Shown here piece after piece: positions 53,601 through 62,179 of a stretch of DNA of 64,000 nt (positions are counted from its first letter, which is position 1; each line of letters starts with the position of its first letter). Position numbers and translations under genes: made by a program. Below the pieces are notes generated by a model, which searched no databases, had not been told where the DNA came from, and saw only the letters and a list, made by a program, of their open reading frames with translations. Origin of the DNA: Leucoraja erinacea (Eukaryota); contig NC_073397.1 of assembly GCF_028641065.1 (NCBI RefSeq), forward strand, positions 18,538,001 to 18,602,000, given 5' to 3'.

Positions 53601-54301
53601 GAATTGCCTTCTCCCTGGTAGGTTCCAGTACAAGTTGCTCTAAGAATCCATCTTGGAGGCACTCCACAAACTCCCTTTCTTGGGGTCCAGTACCAACCTG
53701 ATTTTCTCAGTCTACCTGCATATTGAAATCTCCCATAACCACCGTAGCATTATCTTTGTTACATGCCAATTTTAACTCCTGATGCAACTTGCACCCTTTA
53801 TCCAGGCTAATGTTTGGGGGCCTGTAGATAACTCCCATTAGGGTCTTTTTACCGTTACAATTTCTCAGTTCTATCCACAATTACTACATCTTCTGATTCT
53901 ATGTCACCCCTCGCAAAGGACTGAATTTCATTCCTTACCAACAGAGCTACTCCACCCCCTCTGCCCACCTGTCTATCTTTTCGATAGGACGTATACCCCT
54001 GATTATTCAGTTCCCAGCTCCAATCCTCTTGCAGCCATGTCTCTGTAATTTTCACAACATCATACCTACCAATCTCTAACTGAGCCCCAAACTCATCTAC
54101 TTTATTTCTTATACTTCACGCATTCATATATAACACTTTTAATTCGGTATTCACCTTCCCTCTCACACCGGTTCCTATTTTCACTTAACCTTACTCTCTT
54201 ATCCCTACTTGAACTTTCCATCCCATTAATTAGGGTACCTTTTGTAACTTTATCTGCACTCTCTTTCCCTGTAACTCCATCCTTATACTTCCAATTTGTC
54301 G

Positions 54302-54349
<48 letters not shown>

Positions 54350-57300
54350 AATCCACCCTTGTAGCACTAGCAAATCTGCCTGTCAGAATGTTGGCCCCCT
54401 CCAGTTAAGGTGCAACTCGTCGCTTTTGTACAGGTCACCCCTACCCCCAGAAGAGATCCCAGTGGTCTATAAATCGAAATCCCTGCTCCCTGCACCAGTT
54501 CCTCAGCCACACATGCAGATCCCCTATCTCCCTGTTCCTGCCCTCACCAGCACGAGTAACTGGAAGCAAACCAGAGATAACCACCCTAGAAGTCCTGCTT
54601 TCCAGCCTTCTTTCTAAATCTCTAAACTCACGTTGCAGAACCTCCTTCCTCTTCTTCCCGACGCCGTTTGTGCTGATATGCACAACCACGTCCGGCTGCT
54701 CCCATTTCCCCCTTGAGGATGCTCAGCAATCGATCCGACACGTCTTGGGAGGCAACACACCATCCTCGAGTCTCGCCTGTTGCCACAGAATCTCCTGTCC
54801 GCACCTCTCACTATTGAGTCACCTACCACTACGGCGTTACCTGATGTAGGTCTCTCCGGTTGAGCCACAGCGCCAGGATTTGATTGAAAGACATATCCGT
54901 CACTCGGACTGGAAGATAGCACCTTTCATTGATGATCAAATTCTCACACAAGTTTTACACTAGCAATTTCCCTTCCCATTTAAAATAAAATGGTATACCA
55001 GTACAAAAGAATAGTTACTCTATTTTTTGAAATGTAAGCATTTTTGTGTCAGTTACAGTGGCCCCAGAAAAACAATATGGCATTGCAAAATTATCACAGA
55101 TGCTGGAGGTGGTTTTGGCCCACCATTAGTGGTATTATATTAAGGTGTTATATTTCGGTTGGCTAACAGATTGCTAGCCTTAATTGTAAAAAGGATACAT
55201 TTGTACAAACTAGAAATGCCTGGTGGAACTCTTAAACATTTAAATTAGCCATTTTAAATTTAAATTACTTCAGCTTGTAAAAACATAAAATTGGATGGTC
55301 TGTGGTTTGTCTGGCGGTTCATATTATTCTCCCGAGATATATCTAGAGGGCAGAACACTCAAGGGCCTGCTGCCAAAGTTGAATCTCATTAGATATGAAT
55401 GATGGTTTGGAGCTGGGTCTGTAATATTGTCAAACTGATTCTGTGCCAAGATATTATACATACTAATCCGCAGCTGGAAGTTGCTGAAAGGAATATAAAG
55501 CAGCGAGATCTAAATTATGTTGTCCATTCCCATGTCAATTTCTTGCTACTACACCTGATGTTGTTATTAGAACATCCATTAAATTTTACTGTTGAAAGAG
55601 AGCAGGCTATCTCATTAATGTTGGATTTGGGATTTTTCCACCATGCCTATATGCCTAGAACATGCATTTCAACAGCCTGGTTGTGCTAAATGAGCAGAAC
55701 ACTTCATAAAATCATAAGACATAGGAGCAGAATTAAGCCACTTGGTCCATCGAGCCCGCTCTGCCATTCGATCATGGCTGCTCTATTTTTCCATCTCCTG
55801 CCTACTTCCTGTAACCTTTGATTCCCTTACTAATTAAGAACCTATCAATCTCCACTTTAAAAATACCCAATGGCTTGGCCTCCAGAGCTGTCTGTGGCAA
55901 TAAATTGCACACATTCATCACCCTCTGGCTAAAGAAATTCCTTCTCATCTCCATTCTAAATGCATGTCCTTTCATTCTGAGACTGTGGCCCTCTGGTCCT
56001 GGACTCTTCCACTACTGGAAACATCCCCTCCACATCCACTATCCAAGCCTTTCATTATTCGGTAGGTATTAATGAGATCCCCCCCCTCATCTTTGGCCTA
56101 ATGTCAGTTCAAAGGTCAGCAAAAAAGTTAATTTGCTTAAAGAAATTGTTATTGAAGTTTCCTCCCTTAAATCATTAAAGCTTCACCTGTATGATTAAGC
56201 AGACAGTTGCACACAACATGTTGGCTCATGAAAAGTTAGTTGTGTCGTTAAGGGACTCTGTCCATGGTAGCCTCTGGCTGAGGGAAAGTGAAGGTGTTGG
56301 GGAAAGGGGGTCGGGTTTGTATTTACAGCGAGTGGTAACAGCAGAAGATGAAGGAGATGGAGAAACCCCTCCCCACCCCTGAAACAATGATGGGCAATTG
56401 AACCCATGTCATGGGGAGCACAAGCCATTATGAAGATGGCATCATCAGGACCACAGATGAAGGCATCTGTGCACAGATGTTTTGAACTATTCTCAGCCTT
56501 ATTGGCAATGACATTAATGCATTAAAATGACAGTGAAGATTTAGAAAATATAAAACAATATTCCAGTGGAGACACTTTTTAAATCATCCATGAGATATTT
56601 CTTATTTTGTCATGAATTAAGGTTATTAATTGTCAGTATGTGTTCCAATTATTGTTGTTATGTAATTAACCCATGCCATGAATACTGATTACATTATAAT
56701 GTACACATATTTCATTAAATATGCTGAGTTTAACAAATACACTTATAAAGTAATAGTGCAGACATAATGAAGTTAAATGAAGAAATGTAAACTATTAACT
56801 TGAAACATAACTTGGTGGTAGTTTGTCCTCAATTGGATGTGCTGAAAATGTTCATTTGTGTGCATGTGCTGAAAATGCTCACTTAGGCAGGAGAGGGGAA
56901 AATGTTCATTTATATTAAATGCCTTTTGAAAATTTAGTTCCATTGACTTGTTGTGGACCTGTAATCACATGCAGCTGAAGACAAATGTAGACCCTGGAAG
57001 TCTGCTATCAATGGAAAAATGTCGATGTTGGAAAGTCTAATGATATTAGTCTAATATTTAAAAACAATGATGAGGCTTTACTGTCATTGGTTACAGATTC
57101 TTTCAAGAAGGCTTGAAAACAGCTGAAAAGATTAGGCATTACGTTGAAATGCTTGCAGCAGATTTACAGAACGTGAGTACACTATACAATGTTCCAGTTC
57201 ACCTGACCCTGTATTACATCATGATCAACAGTGTTGATTGATTACAATATAATTAGAGACGTTGTTTAGGCTTGCATGAAATGAAGAGAACAGCTCAGTA

Positions 57301-60300
57301 AGCATAATAAGCAAAATAAGGGAAAATACAACAATGTTTTATAAAGACAAATGGTAAGAGGAATGACTGGCGCCCAATAAAAGCCTTTGAAATAGAGAAG
57401 TAAAACATGGATAAGGTCCAAATGTGTCTGTGCCTGTCTTCACAGAAGGATGGGGGGGGGGGGGGGGGGGGGGGGGGGGTTGAATCCAGAATGTGATAAA
57501 TGTGAAAATTTGGAGAATGGAAATATTAAGATATTTCCATCTTTTAAAATAGGTATATCATTAAACCCACATAAATTATAATAGAGTCTATAAAGAAAAT
57601 GAAAAAAAGGAAATGGTGGATGTTCTACCCATCATTTTGTGGTTTGTATGTAATTATCTAAGTGAGTAACATATTTTGGGGATTTAGTGACGTCAAGTAT
57701 ACATATATGCATCATGTGGAGGGAGTTCCTTCCTATTAGAGTCAGAATAAGCACCTTTGTTTGAAGCTCCTGAGTCATGCAGCTGTTGTCAGAAATATAA
57801 GTTACCAACAGCATCAGTTGCCCACCTTGATATATATATTGCAATTAGTGACAAAATTTGATAAAGATTAAAAAAGAATTGAGCAGAAAAACAGTAAAAA
57901 ATATTCACAGCCCTAATCTTAGAGCTGATGTATGGATACTACGTAGCTGTAAGGGAAAACAGCCAAAGATGGGCCCAGATGGTTCACTCTCTTTACTATA
58001 GGTTTAGAAGGTTCATTTTTCAAAGGACTACATGGGTCAGATTAAAGGCAGACATGGAGAACAGCAGACAACAATGTTTGATTGATAGATAGCCAAAGTC
58101 TACCTGAATTATATACCCTCTGTTCTACAGCTGGGAAAACAAACCTAGTCACCCCAGTCTCTCCAACCCAGCAACATCCTGGTGATTCTCCACTGCACAC
58201 TCTCCAGTGAATCACATCTTTCCTACAGTTAGGGGACCAGAGCCTCATGCAGTGCTCCAACTGAGAATAATCTGTCTGCTAACATAAACTGCAGGTGCTA
58301 GTTTACAAAATGACTTACAAATAACCGCTCTATCTTTGTATTCAATGCCCTGACTAATTAAGGCCAGTATCCCTTATGTCGTCTTAAGCATGATTAGCTA
58401 CCTGCACTACTACCTTCAAGGATCTTTGAACTTGTAAACTAAGATCCGTCTGCTCCTCTGTATTCCCAAGGATTCTACTCTTTGTAGTGCGTGCCCTAGT
58501 CTCCTTAGCCCACTGAGGCATCAAATTCCTTCTTATTATGGAGGTTTGCACTACACTTCCACCTCCCCTTTTGTTGAATCGTCCAATTACTAAGTCAATT
58601 TTTACTATTGCTGATTAGTTTTTATTCAGGATCTCACCTATAGACCCTGACTCCAGAGATAATAGTAGTTTAGGAAGAGTGGGTATTTTTCTCAATTCTC
58701 ACTGAATCAATATTATCAAAAAGATATTTAAAGGTTTTTCATGCGGTGACTATGAAATTTCACATAACAATTAATTACAGCCCATTGTGACCACATTTAA
58801 GAAGGATGTCAAAGCTTGGAAGAGAGTGCAAAAGAGGTTTACTGTAATATATTTTCAGAGTGACTGACTTCATTTATGCAGAGAGACTGGGGTTATTGTC
58901 ATTTGAGTGGGCAAGGACACAATATGGATATTTAAAATCAGCTATAAGTTTGACAGGAAAGAAGAAAAAATTACTTCCAGCAATACAAAGCTTGGTAACC
59001 ATAGGATACAGATTGCATATAATTGAAACATTGACAAGAGCAGCACAGCTGGTAGAGCTGCTGCCTCACAATGCCAAAGACCCAGTTTAACCCTGACCTC
59101 GGGTACTGTCTGAGTGGAGCTTGAATGTTCTCCCTGTGACCACGTGGGTTTGCTCTGGGTGCTCCGGTTTCCTCCCAAATCCCAAAGACGTGCATGTTTG
59201 CAGACTCGGTGGGCCGAAGTACCTGATTCCATGCTGTATCTCTAAGCTACACTAAACAAAGCTAAACTGCATGAAATGTTGGAGAATTGGTTAAGTGGTC
59301 AGAGGTCAGCATGTGTAAATTAATTTTCAGCAAGCTAGGAATTAAAACCTTGATGATTTGGAGTAAAGAACAACAAACACAGGGAAGCCAGTTTAAATGA
59401 GTTATTTTATCTTGGCCCAAGTCATATAGTGTTGCCAAAGAATACGCTTTGTTCAGGGAGGAACTGCATGGAATCCCTTGTAAAATGCGTGGGATGAAAA
59501 GAACAAATTCCTGATGTGCAGTTTCAATTAAACCATTTGTCTGTCATTGCTCCAGATTAAACAGAACCAGGAGGAGGAAAAGAAGAAGCTATGTAGCCTT
59601 CGAGATCAGCTCAAACCAACTTTACAGTTAGACCACAAGGAGGTTTGTCAAATCTGTTCTGTTTATTGAATTGCCATGATATAGATTTGCTTTAATATAT
59701 AGTGTTCTCATTGTCTAGTAATGCATTGAATATAAAGCTGAGAACACAATTAATTAATATGCTGTTTCCAGATCTAATGAGGGAGGAAAAAGTCAGCTTT
59801 GTTCAGTCATGTTGGCGCTCATGTATTATTTAAGTCACATGTGGTGTATGTATCAACGGAATGTGCTGTGGTCTTGGCTGTGTTATGTATAACACTTACC
59901 TGCAATTATATGCAATTTTATTGCTTAATTAAGAAATAAATATTAACATTATAAATATTACAAAGACCCTACTGCTCAGATCAGATACTATAACCCCTGA
60001 AACTACAAAGAAACTTGAAAAATTGATGAATAGCTCAAATGAAAATTTAATCTTGACATTATGGGTATGCCATCTAGATTTCTACTTTACAATGGGATGA
60101 ATTTCTCATTATTAGTTAAATCAGCCCTTGTTTTAATCATTTTATTTATTTTCTATTCTTTTCAAGCAAAGTTTTCGTACATATTATTTCCAGCATATGT
60201 TCTGCAAGAACATGTTCAATAATAATAAACTCTGCTTATTTGTGAAGTGCACAAGCAAAGTTTTGAACACCATGACCAAGGGACTTTCACCGATGTTGTC

Positions 60301-60428
60301 ATTTGTTTATGATTTCTTTTCCTGTAGGATTCTACGAACCGCCAGTCCGTTTACAGTATGCACCAACTTCAGGGCAATAAGCAATATGGTACTGAAAAAG
60401 TGGGAATCCTGTACAAGAAAAGTGATGG
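8490..60428 (+). CDS. ASAP1-like: ASAP-family Arf-GAP (SH3/ANK/PH/BAR) gene, coding exons 1-10, partial: join(8490..8615,30849..30921,37184..37329,40653..40724,42402..42451,45048..45177,48753..48838,57097..57172,59556..59642,60328..60428)
   Basis: Ten GT-AG exons join in one frame: [82 protein letters not shown]...[59 protein letters not shown]...[26 protein letters not shown].../[11 protein letters not shown].../[10 protein letters not shown].../[34 protein letters not shown]. These are the recognisable ASAP N-BAR and PH-start motifs. The exact paralogue is uncertain. Confidence 0.95.
8850..9095 (+). mobile_element. V-SINE fragment
   Basis: tgtgtggagttgcacactttccc..gggtttcctccgggtgctc..cctcccacat core. 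Confidence 0.7.
9380..9455 (+). mobile_element. Deu-SINE (SacSINE1/AmnSINE1-like) core remnant
   Basis: tgcagcactgaggcagtgccgcactgtcaaaggtgccatctt..agatgataaaccaagccc resembles the Deu domain as I recall it. Confidence 0.6.
9510..9770 (-). mobile_element. tRNA-derived V-SINE
   Basis: Reverse strand gtggcacagtggcacagctgttagagctgctg..ggagtttgcacgttctccc. Confidence 0.75.
9855..10490 (-). mobile_element. Degenerate CR1 LINE 3' fragment
   Basis: Reverse-strand similarity to CR1 ORF2 end and 3' UTR (ctctcaccttag, tctgcaccctctccaaag, aactgcacacaata). Confidence 0.75.
11540..12260 (-). mobile_element. Old CR1 RT fragment interrupted by a short repeat (~11710-11815)
   Basis: ttcctcatccaaatcattgatata, ttgaaagcctttt, atttccctttcatgaatcca match reverse RT motifs of the younger CR1 copies in this window. 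Confidence 0.65.
13070..13495 (-). mobile_element. CR1 LINE 3' fragment
   Basis: ataggagcagaattaggccatt..tcatggctgatct..ttccacagattcaccaccctctg matches the reverse CR1 3' end. Confidence 0.8.
13964..15207 (-). mobile_element. Non-autonomous Helitron, unit 1
   Basis: On the minus strand the 3' end is hairpin GGGACCC-AAC-GGGTCCC then ACTTAGT-CTAG|T (CTAG at 13964-13967); the 5' end reads TATATATATAACTAAAACTCTCATCTTG. Confidence 0.75.
14095..14495 (+). repeat. C/T-rich low-complexity tract inside Helitron unit 1
   Basis: Near-pure pyrimidine run. Confidence 0.85.
15208..16195 (-). mobile_element. Non-autonomous Helitron, unit 2
   Basis: Same hairpin plus CTAG terminus (15208-15235, one stem mismatch); 5' end TATTATACTAAAAGTCTCGTCTTG; internal CCCCCAACGCAA/CCACTCACC repeats. 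Confidence 0.75.
16196..16795 (-). mobile_element. Non-autonomous Helitron, unit 3 (5' end not seen; abuts a CR1 3' tail)
   Basis: Hairpin plus CTAG terminus at 16196-16223, with subterminal sequence shared with unit 1; GA-rich low-complexity interior. Confidence 0.68.
16357..16740 (+). repeat. G/A-rich low-complexity tract inside Helitron unit 3
   Basis: (GGGA/GAGA)n purine run. Confidence 0.9.
16796..17930 (-). mobile_element. Young CR1 LINE, 5'-truncated, intact RT C-terminal ORF
   Basis: ORF 16891..17907 (338 aa) has [29 protein letters not shown]; (ATAGAAAC)n tail at ~16796-16815. Confidence 0.95.
17930..18123 (+). mobile_element. Rex1/Babar-like LINE 3' tail
   Basis: agaatttcattgtc..gacacatgacaataaa..(cttgaa)n; same 3' UTR as the reverse copy at 26494-26700. 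Confidence 0.7.
19625..20360 (+). mobile_element. V-SINE interrupted by a fold-back repeat pair (~19880-20300)
   Basis: SINE head and core at 19625-19875; tail ggtcggcatgggctgaagggcctgtttcc resumes at ~20305. Confidence 0.72.
20609..20906. mobile_element. PIF/Harbinger-type MITE
   Basis: ~65-bp TIR AGCCCCTGTCCCACTTTCCCGAG...CTCGGGAAAGTGGGACAGGGGCT; TTA on both sides; non-coding. Confidence 0.8.
21785..22520 (+). mobile_element. Degenerate Penelope-like element RT fragment
   Basis: [16 protein letters not shown] and [16 protein letters not shown] resemble vertebrate PLE RT motifs (G.AMG..MAP.YA; F.N.FHP.LKFT). Confidence 0.7.
23494..24104. mobile_element. PIF/Harbinger-type MITE with GTCG/CGAC-rich interior
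   Basis: TIR GGCCTGTCCCACTTAGGCGATTT...AAATCGCCTAAGTGGGACAGGCC; TWA flanks. Confidence 0.78.
25324..26007. mobile_element. PIF/Harbinger-type MITE inserted in a short repeat and containing a fold-back repeat pair
   Basis: TIR AGGCCTTGTCCCACTTACGTGTCCTTG...CAAGGACACGTAAGTGGGACAGGGGCT; flanked by TAA/TTA; splits the host motif GCTGAG|TTA|CTCCAGCATTTT. Confidence 0.8.
26494..26985 (-). mobile_element. Rex1/Babar-like LINE fragment with internal deletion
   Basis: [29 protein letters not shown] joined to [21 protein letters not shown]; (ATTCAAG)n tail. Confidence 0.8.
28290..28705 (+). mobile_element. Degenerate CR1 3' fragment
   Basis: [31 protein letters not shown]. Confidence 0.75.
29380..30160 (+). 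mobile_element. CR1-clade LINE, 5'-truncated young copy
   Basis: ORF 29346..30080 contains [36 protein letters not shown]. Confidence 0.93.
30849..30921 (+). CDS. ASAP1-like: ASAP-like exon 2 (73 nt)
   Basis: Acceptor ttgtctttccctag; [24 protein letters not shown]; donor G|gtaaag. Confidence 0.93.
31050..31790 (+). mobile_element. Degenerate Rex1/Babar-like LINE fragment
   Basis: [25 protein letters not shown] motifs; ends acatgacaataa. Confidence 0.72.
32295..32580 (+). mobile_element. V-SINE
   Basis: ggtggcgcag..gggtttgatcc..ggagtttgcatgttctcc..(ctaaagt)n tail. Confidence 0.75.
32650..34100 (+). mobile_element. Highly degenerate Penelope-like element (RT to GIY-YIG region)
   Basis: Remnants such as ccccaaaatccacaag, ttccattctcccagtttct, tgcattctctgcattgaagagaagcaaa in PLE order; many stops and frameshifts. 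Confidence 0.55.
34655..35045 (-). mobile_element. Rex1/Babar-like LINE 3' fragment
   Basis: tttattgtcatgtg..gggaagaaactgtccctgaatctggaggt..cttgcctgatggg; related copies at ~2920-3300 and ~37990-38230. Confidence 0.7.
35925..36490 (+). mobile_element. Degenerate CR1 3' fragment
   Basis: tatggtatgcttgcct..ggagactgaggggtgacctgatagaagtttataaa..actagagggcac. Confidence 0.75.
37184..37329 (+). CDS. ASAP1-like: ASAP-like exon 3 (146 nt)
   Basis: Acceptor tttacatttgcag; open frame [49 protein letters not shown]; donor CTG|gtaagg. Confidence 0.9.
40653..40724 (+). CDS. ASAP1-like: ASAP-like exon 4 (72 nt)
   Basis: Acceptor ttttctctttcag; [24 protein letters not shown]; donor GGG|gtaagg. Confidence 0.92.
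41340..41690 (+). mobile_element. LINE (L2-like) 3' UTR/tail fragment
   Basis: Ends tgtaaagcactttgg..gtgctacataaataaa(actt)n, a typical L2-clade terminus. Confidence 0.5.
41980..42295 (+). mobile_element. V-SINE
   Basis: gtggtagagctgctcccttacagtgcc..acgttctccc..gggcctgtttccgtgctgtatc. Confidence 0.75.
42402..42451 (+). CDS. ASAP1-like: ASAP-like exon 5 (50 nt)
   Basis: Acceptor ttttgttgcag; [16 protein letters not shown]; donor TT|gtgagt. Confidence 0.95.
45048..45177 (+). CDS. ASAP1-like: ASAP-like exon 6 (130 nt)
   Basis: Acceptor ctctttgtttgacag; [43 protein letters not shown]; donor GAG|gttggt. Confidence 0.95.
46390..47500 (-). mobile_element. Degenerate CR1 fragment with a short repeat inserted at ~47310-47440
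   Basis: Reverse CR1 3' UTR and ORF2 motifs (cccctctcacc..tcctgcgctccaaggga..gtgaccaatactg..gtcatctgcaaa). Confidence 0.72.
48753..48838 (+). CDS. ASAP1-like: ASAP-like exon 7 (86 nt)
   Basis: Acceptor tttatctttag; [28 protein letters not shown]; donor AT|gtaaga. Confidence 0.95.
49269..50395 (-). mobile_element. 5'-truncated L1-clade LINE with poly(A) tail and 17-bp TSD
   Basis: GGGTTGGGACCCTTCTT at 49252-49268 and 50396-50412; T-rich tail; ORF2 C-terminal pieces [16 protein letters not shown]...H and FWS.IF..KK.ILKFWK. Confidence 0.92.
50680..52143 (-). mobile_element. Young CR1 LINE (RT region, frameshifted)
   Basis: ORFs 51291..52025 ([31 protein letters not shown]) and 50840..51337; same family as 16796-17930. 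Confidence 0.93.
52145..54900 (-). mobile_element. Long degenerate CR1 LINE with ORF1 SGNH-esterase, APE and RT remnants
   Basis: ORF1 [10 protein letters not shown] / VVHISTNG / VVISGLLPV; endonuclease ITETWL..RKDR..RGGGVAL; [16 protein letters not shown]; internal deletion near 52220. Confidence 0.88.
54303..54348 (+). repeat. Poly(C) homopolymer
   Basis: About 46 consecutive C. Confidence 0.9.
55710..56090 (-). mobile_element. CR1 3' fragment
   Basis: cataagacataggagcagaattaagcca..tcatcaccctctggctaaagaaattcc. Confidence 0.75.
57097..57172 (+). CDS. ASAP1-like: ASAP-like exon 8 (76 nt)
   Basis: Acceptor ggttacag; [25 protein letters not shown]; donor AAC|gtgagt. Confidence 0.93.
57452..57479 (+). 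repeat. Poly(G) homopolymer
   Basis: About 28 consecutive G. Confidence 0.9.
59040..59265 (+). mobile_element. V-SINE
   Basis: gcacagctggtagagctgctgcctcaca..tgttctccctgtgaccacgtgggttt. Confidence 0.75.
59556..59642 (+). CDS. ASAP1-like: ASAP-like exon 9 (87 nt)
   Basis: Acceptor cattgctccag; [29 protein letters not shown]; donor GAG|gtttgt. Confidence 0.93.
60328..60428 (+). CDS. ASAP1-like: ASAP-like exon 10 (101 nt; start of PH domain)
   Basis: Acceptor tttcttttcctgtag; [34 protein letters not shown]; donor GG|gttagt. Confidence 0.94.
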
Positions 60429-61184
60429 GTTAGTATGATTGTAATCTCATCTACCTGGAAATCATAGGTCTTACAAGTATTTCACTCCGGTGGGATATGC
60501 CTTCAAACTGTGATTTATTTTGTGGTTTAGTCTGCAGCAGTTAGAATTTGTATTTGCCAAAAAGAAATCAAGGAAACTAATTGCTCAGAGTTATAATAGT
60601 TAGGAGGACTCGCCCTCTGTAATAATCAAGCTGCTGAGGATATAGACGAGTATTTTTGAATTGCAAAGATCTTGGCTAAGTGACTTCTTATGCTTTTGGG
60701 TATTTTATATCTATTGTTGTCATCTAACATAATGTTAATACTCTGGAAACAAATAATATTATCAAGGATTTTGCTGGAATAAAGTCTGGTATGAACATTT
60801 GCATGCTCTTCATAAATATTGAACTTTGAACAATGTTTGTTAAGAATAATTCAAGAAGGACTAAGTACTTCAAATTGTTCTCACCTCCCTCTCCTAAAAG
60901 GCATTTCAAATGCTGTTTTCAAAATACTCATTTTGCTGCAAGCAATTCTCCTAAATCCACTTTAAAAGACATTTTAACTCTTCTCCACACAGAAATGCTG
61001 GCTGTGCCAATAATGCTTACAATAATGCTTTAAAAAAAGTTGCGCCATATCTCATCTTCCTATCCCTCTGCTGCTGATCACTTTGCATCTTTTCGACCAA
61101 ACTTGATGGGCACAAGGTTAAGCCATATCAGCTTTTAAAACCATGCATCTAACCATGATGAAAAACAGAAGTATCATTCATGTT

Positions 61185-61460
61185 CTTAAGGTAGACAAAA
61201 ATGCTGGAGAAACTCAGAGGGTAAGGCAGCATCTATGGAGCGAAGGAATAGGTGACGTTTCGGGTTGAGACCCTTCTTCAGACTGATGTGGGAGTGGAGG
61301 GGGGGAGGAGAAGAAAGGAAGAGGCAGAGACAGTGGGCTGTGGGAGAGCTGAGAAGGGGAGGGGGAAGAGGGAGAAAGCAAGGTCTACCTGAAATTGGAG
61401 AAGTCAATGTTCATACCGCTGGGGTGCATACTACTCAAGCGAAATATGAGATGCTGCTCA
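61185..61460 (-). mobile_element. Penelope-derived 3'/pLTR fragment with intact hammerhead-like core
   Basis: Reverse strand 61281-61254 reads CTGAAGA-AGGGTCTCAACCC-GAAACGTC, flanked by the PLE terminal sequence. Confidence 0.75.
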
Positions 61461-62179
61461 TTTGCAGTGGTACTCATTCTGGCCATGTTCTTAATGCTTG
61501 TCTTGTGCATGTCTTTGCCTGACCCTGTACTCTGCTTCTCCAATGGGTATTCTGTGGCTAGTAAAAGGCTGTTGTATAACAGGGAAGAAGGCCACAGTTG
61601 AGTGTCTTGAGCAATATGGACCAGCTCACTGAGAGGCAATAGTCTAGACCGTCTGGGACACAGACAGCAGAAGAACACTCGTCAAGTAGCAGGGGGATGG
61701 GAATGCTGAATACTATTATCCCGAGAGAAGGCAAAACTTTGTAATGAAACCACCGCGTCATGCCAAAGATTGCATCTCAGCGATCCTAGCAATCCTAGCA
61801 GGCTGCTAGTGTGTTGTGATACCCTCAAAATGTCACCGAACATCGATATTGAGAGCCACGTCAGGAATAGCTGCCAAGCCACACATCTGGGATTCCACCG
61901 TAGCAAGCACATATCCAATGGATTCCTCATGCTCCTGGAGGAGATGAGATATTGATCATCAATGCTGCATAATGGTTGGATCCGCAAGTTAGGCTGAATC
62001 TGCAAGTTGAGATGGGCATTATTTACGTTATGGAAAAATTGACTCCAGGCTCCAACCAAAGACATGTGGAAGGTTGGAGCTCGACTCCCCCTCACATTGC
62101 TTTATATTTATGGGTAATTTAAGGTATGTCTGCCAATGGACCAACCATTTCATTGTGAATGCTTCCTTCTGTAAAAGCA

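Noticed and set aside
59040-59110. tRNA gene candidates at SINE heads (also ~4530-4595, 19630, 41980)
   Set aside because: A/B boxes are degenerate, no full cloverleaf forms, and they run straight into SINE core and LINE-derived tails.
61550-62095. 137-aa minus-strand ORF or possible ASAP exon 11
   Set aside because: No PH-domain continuation (the expected RKVWQ-type motif is absent); looks like an old LINE remnant. Exon 11 must lie beyond the window.
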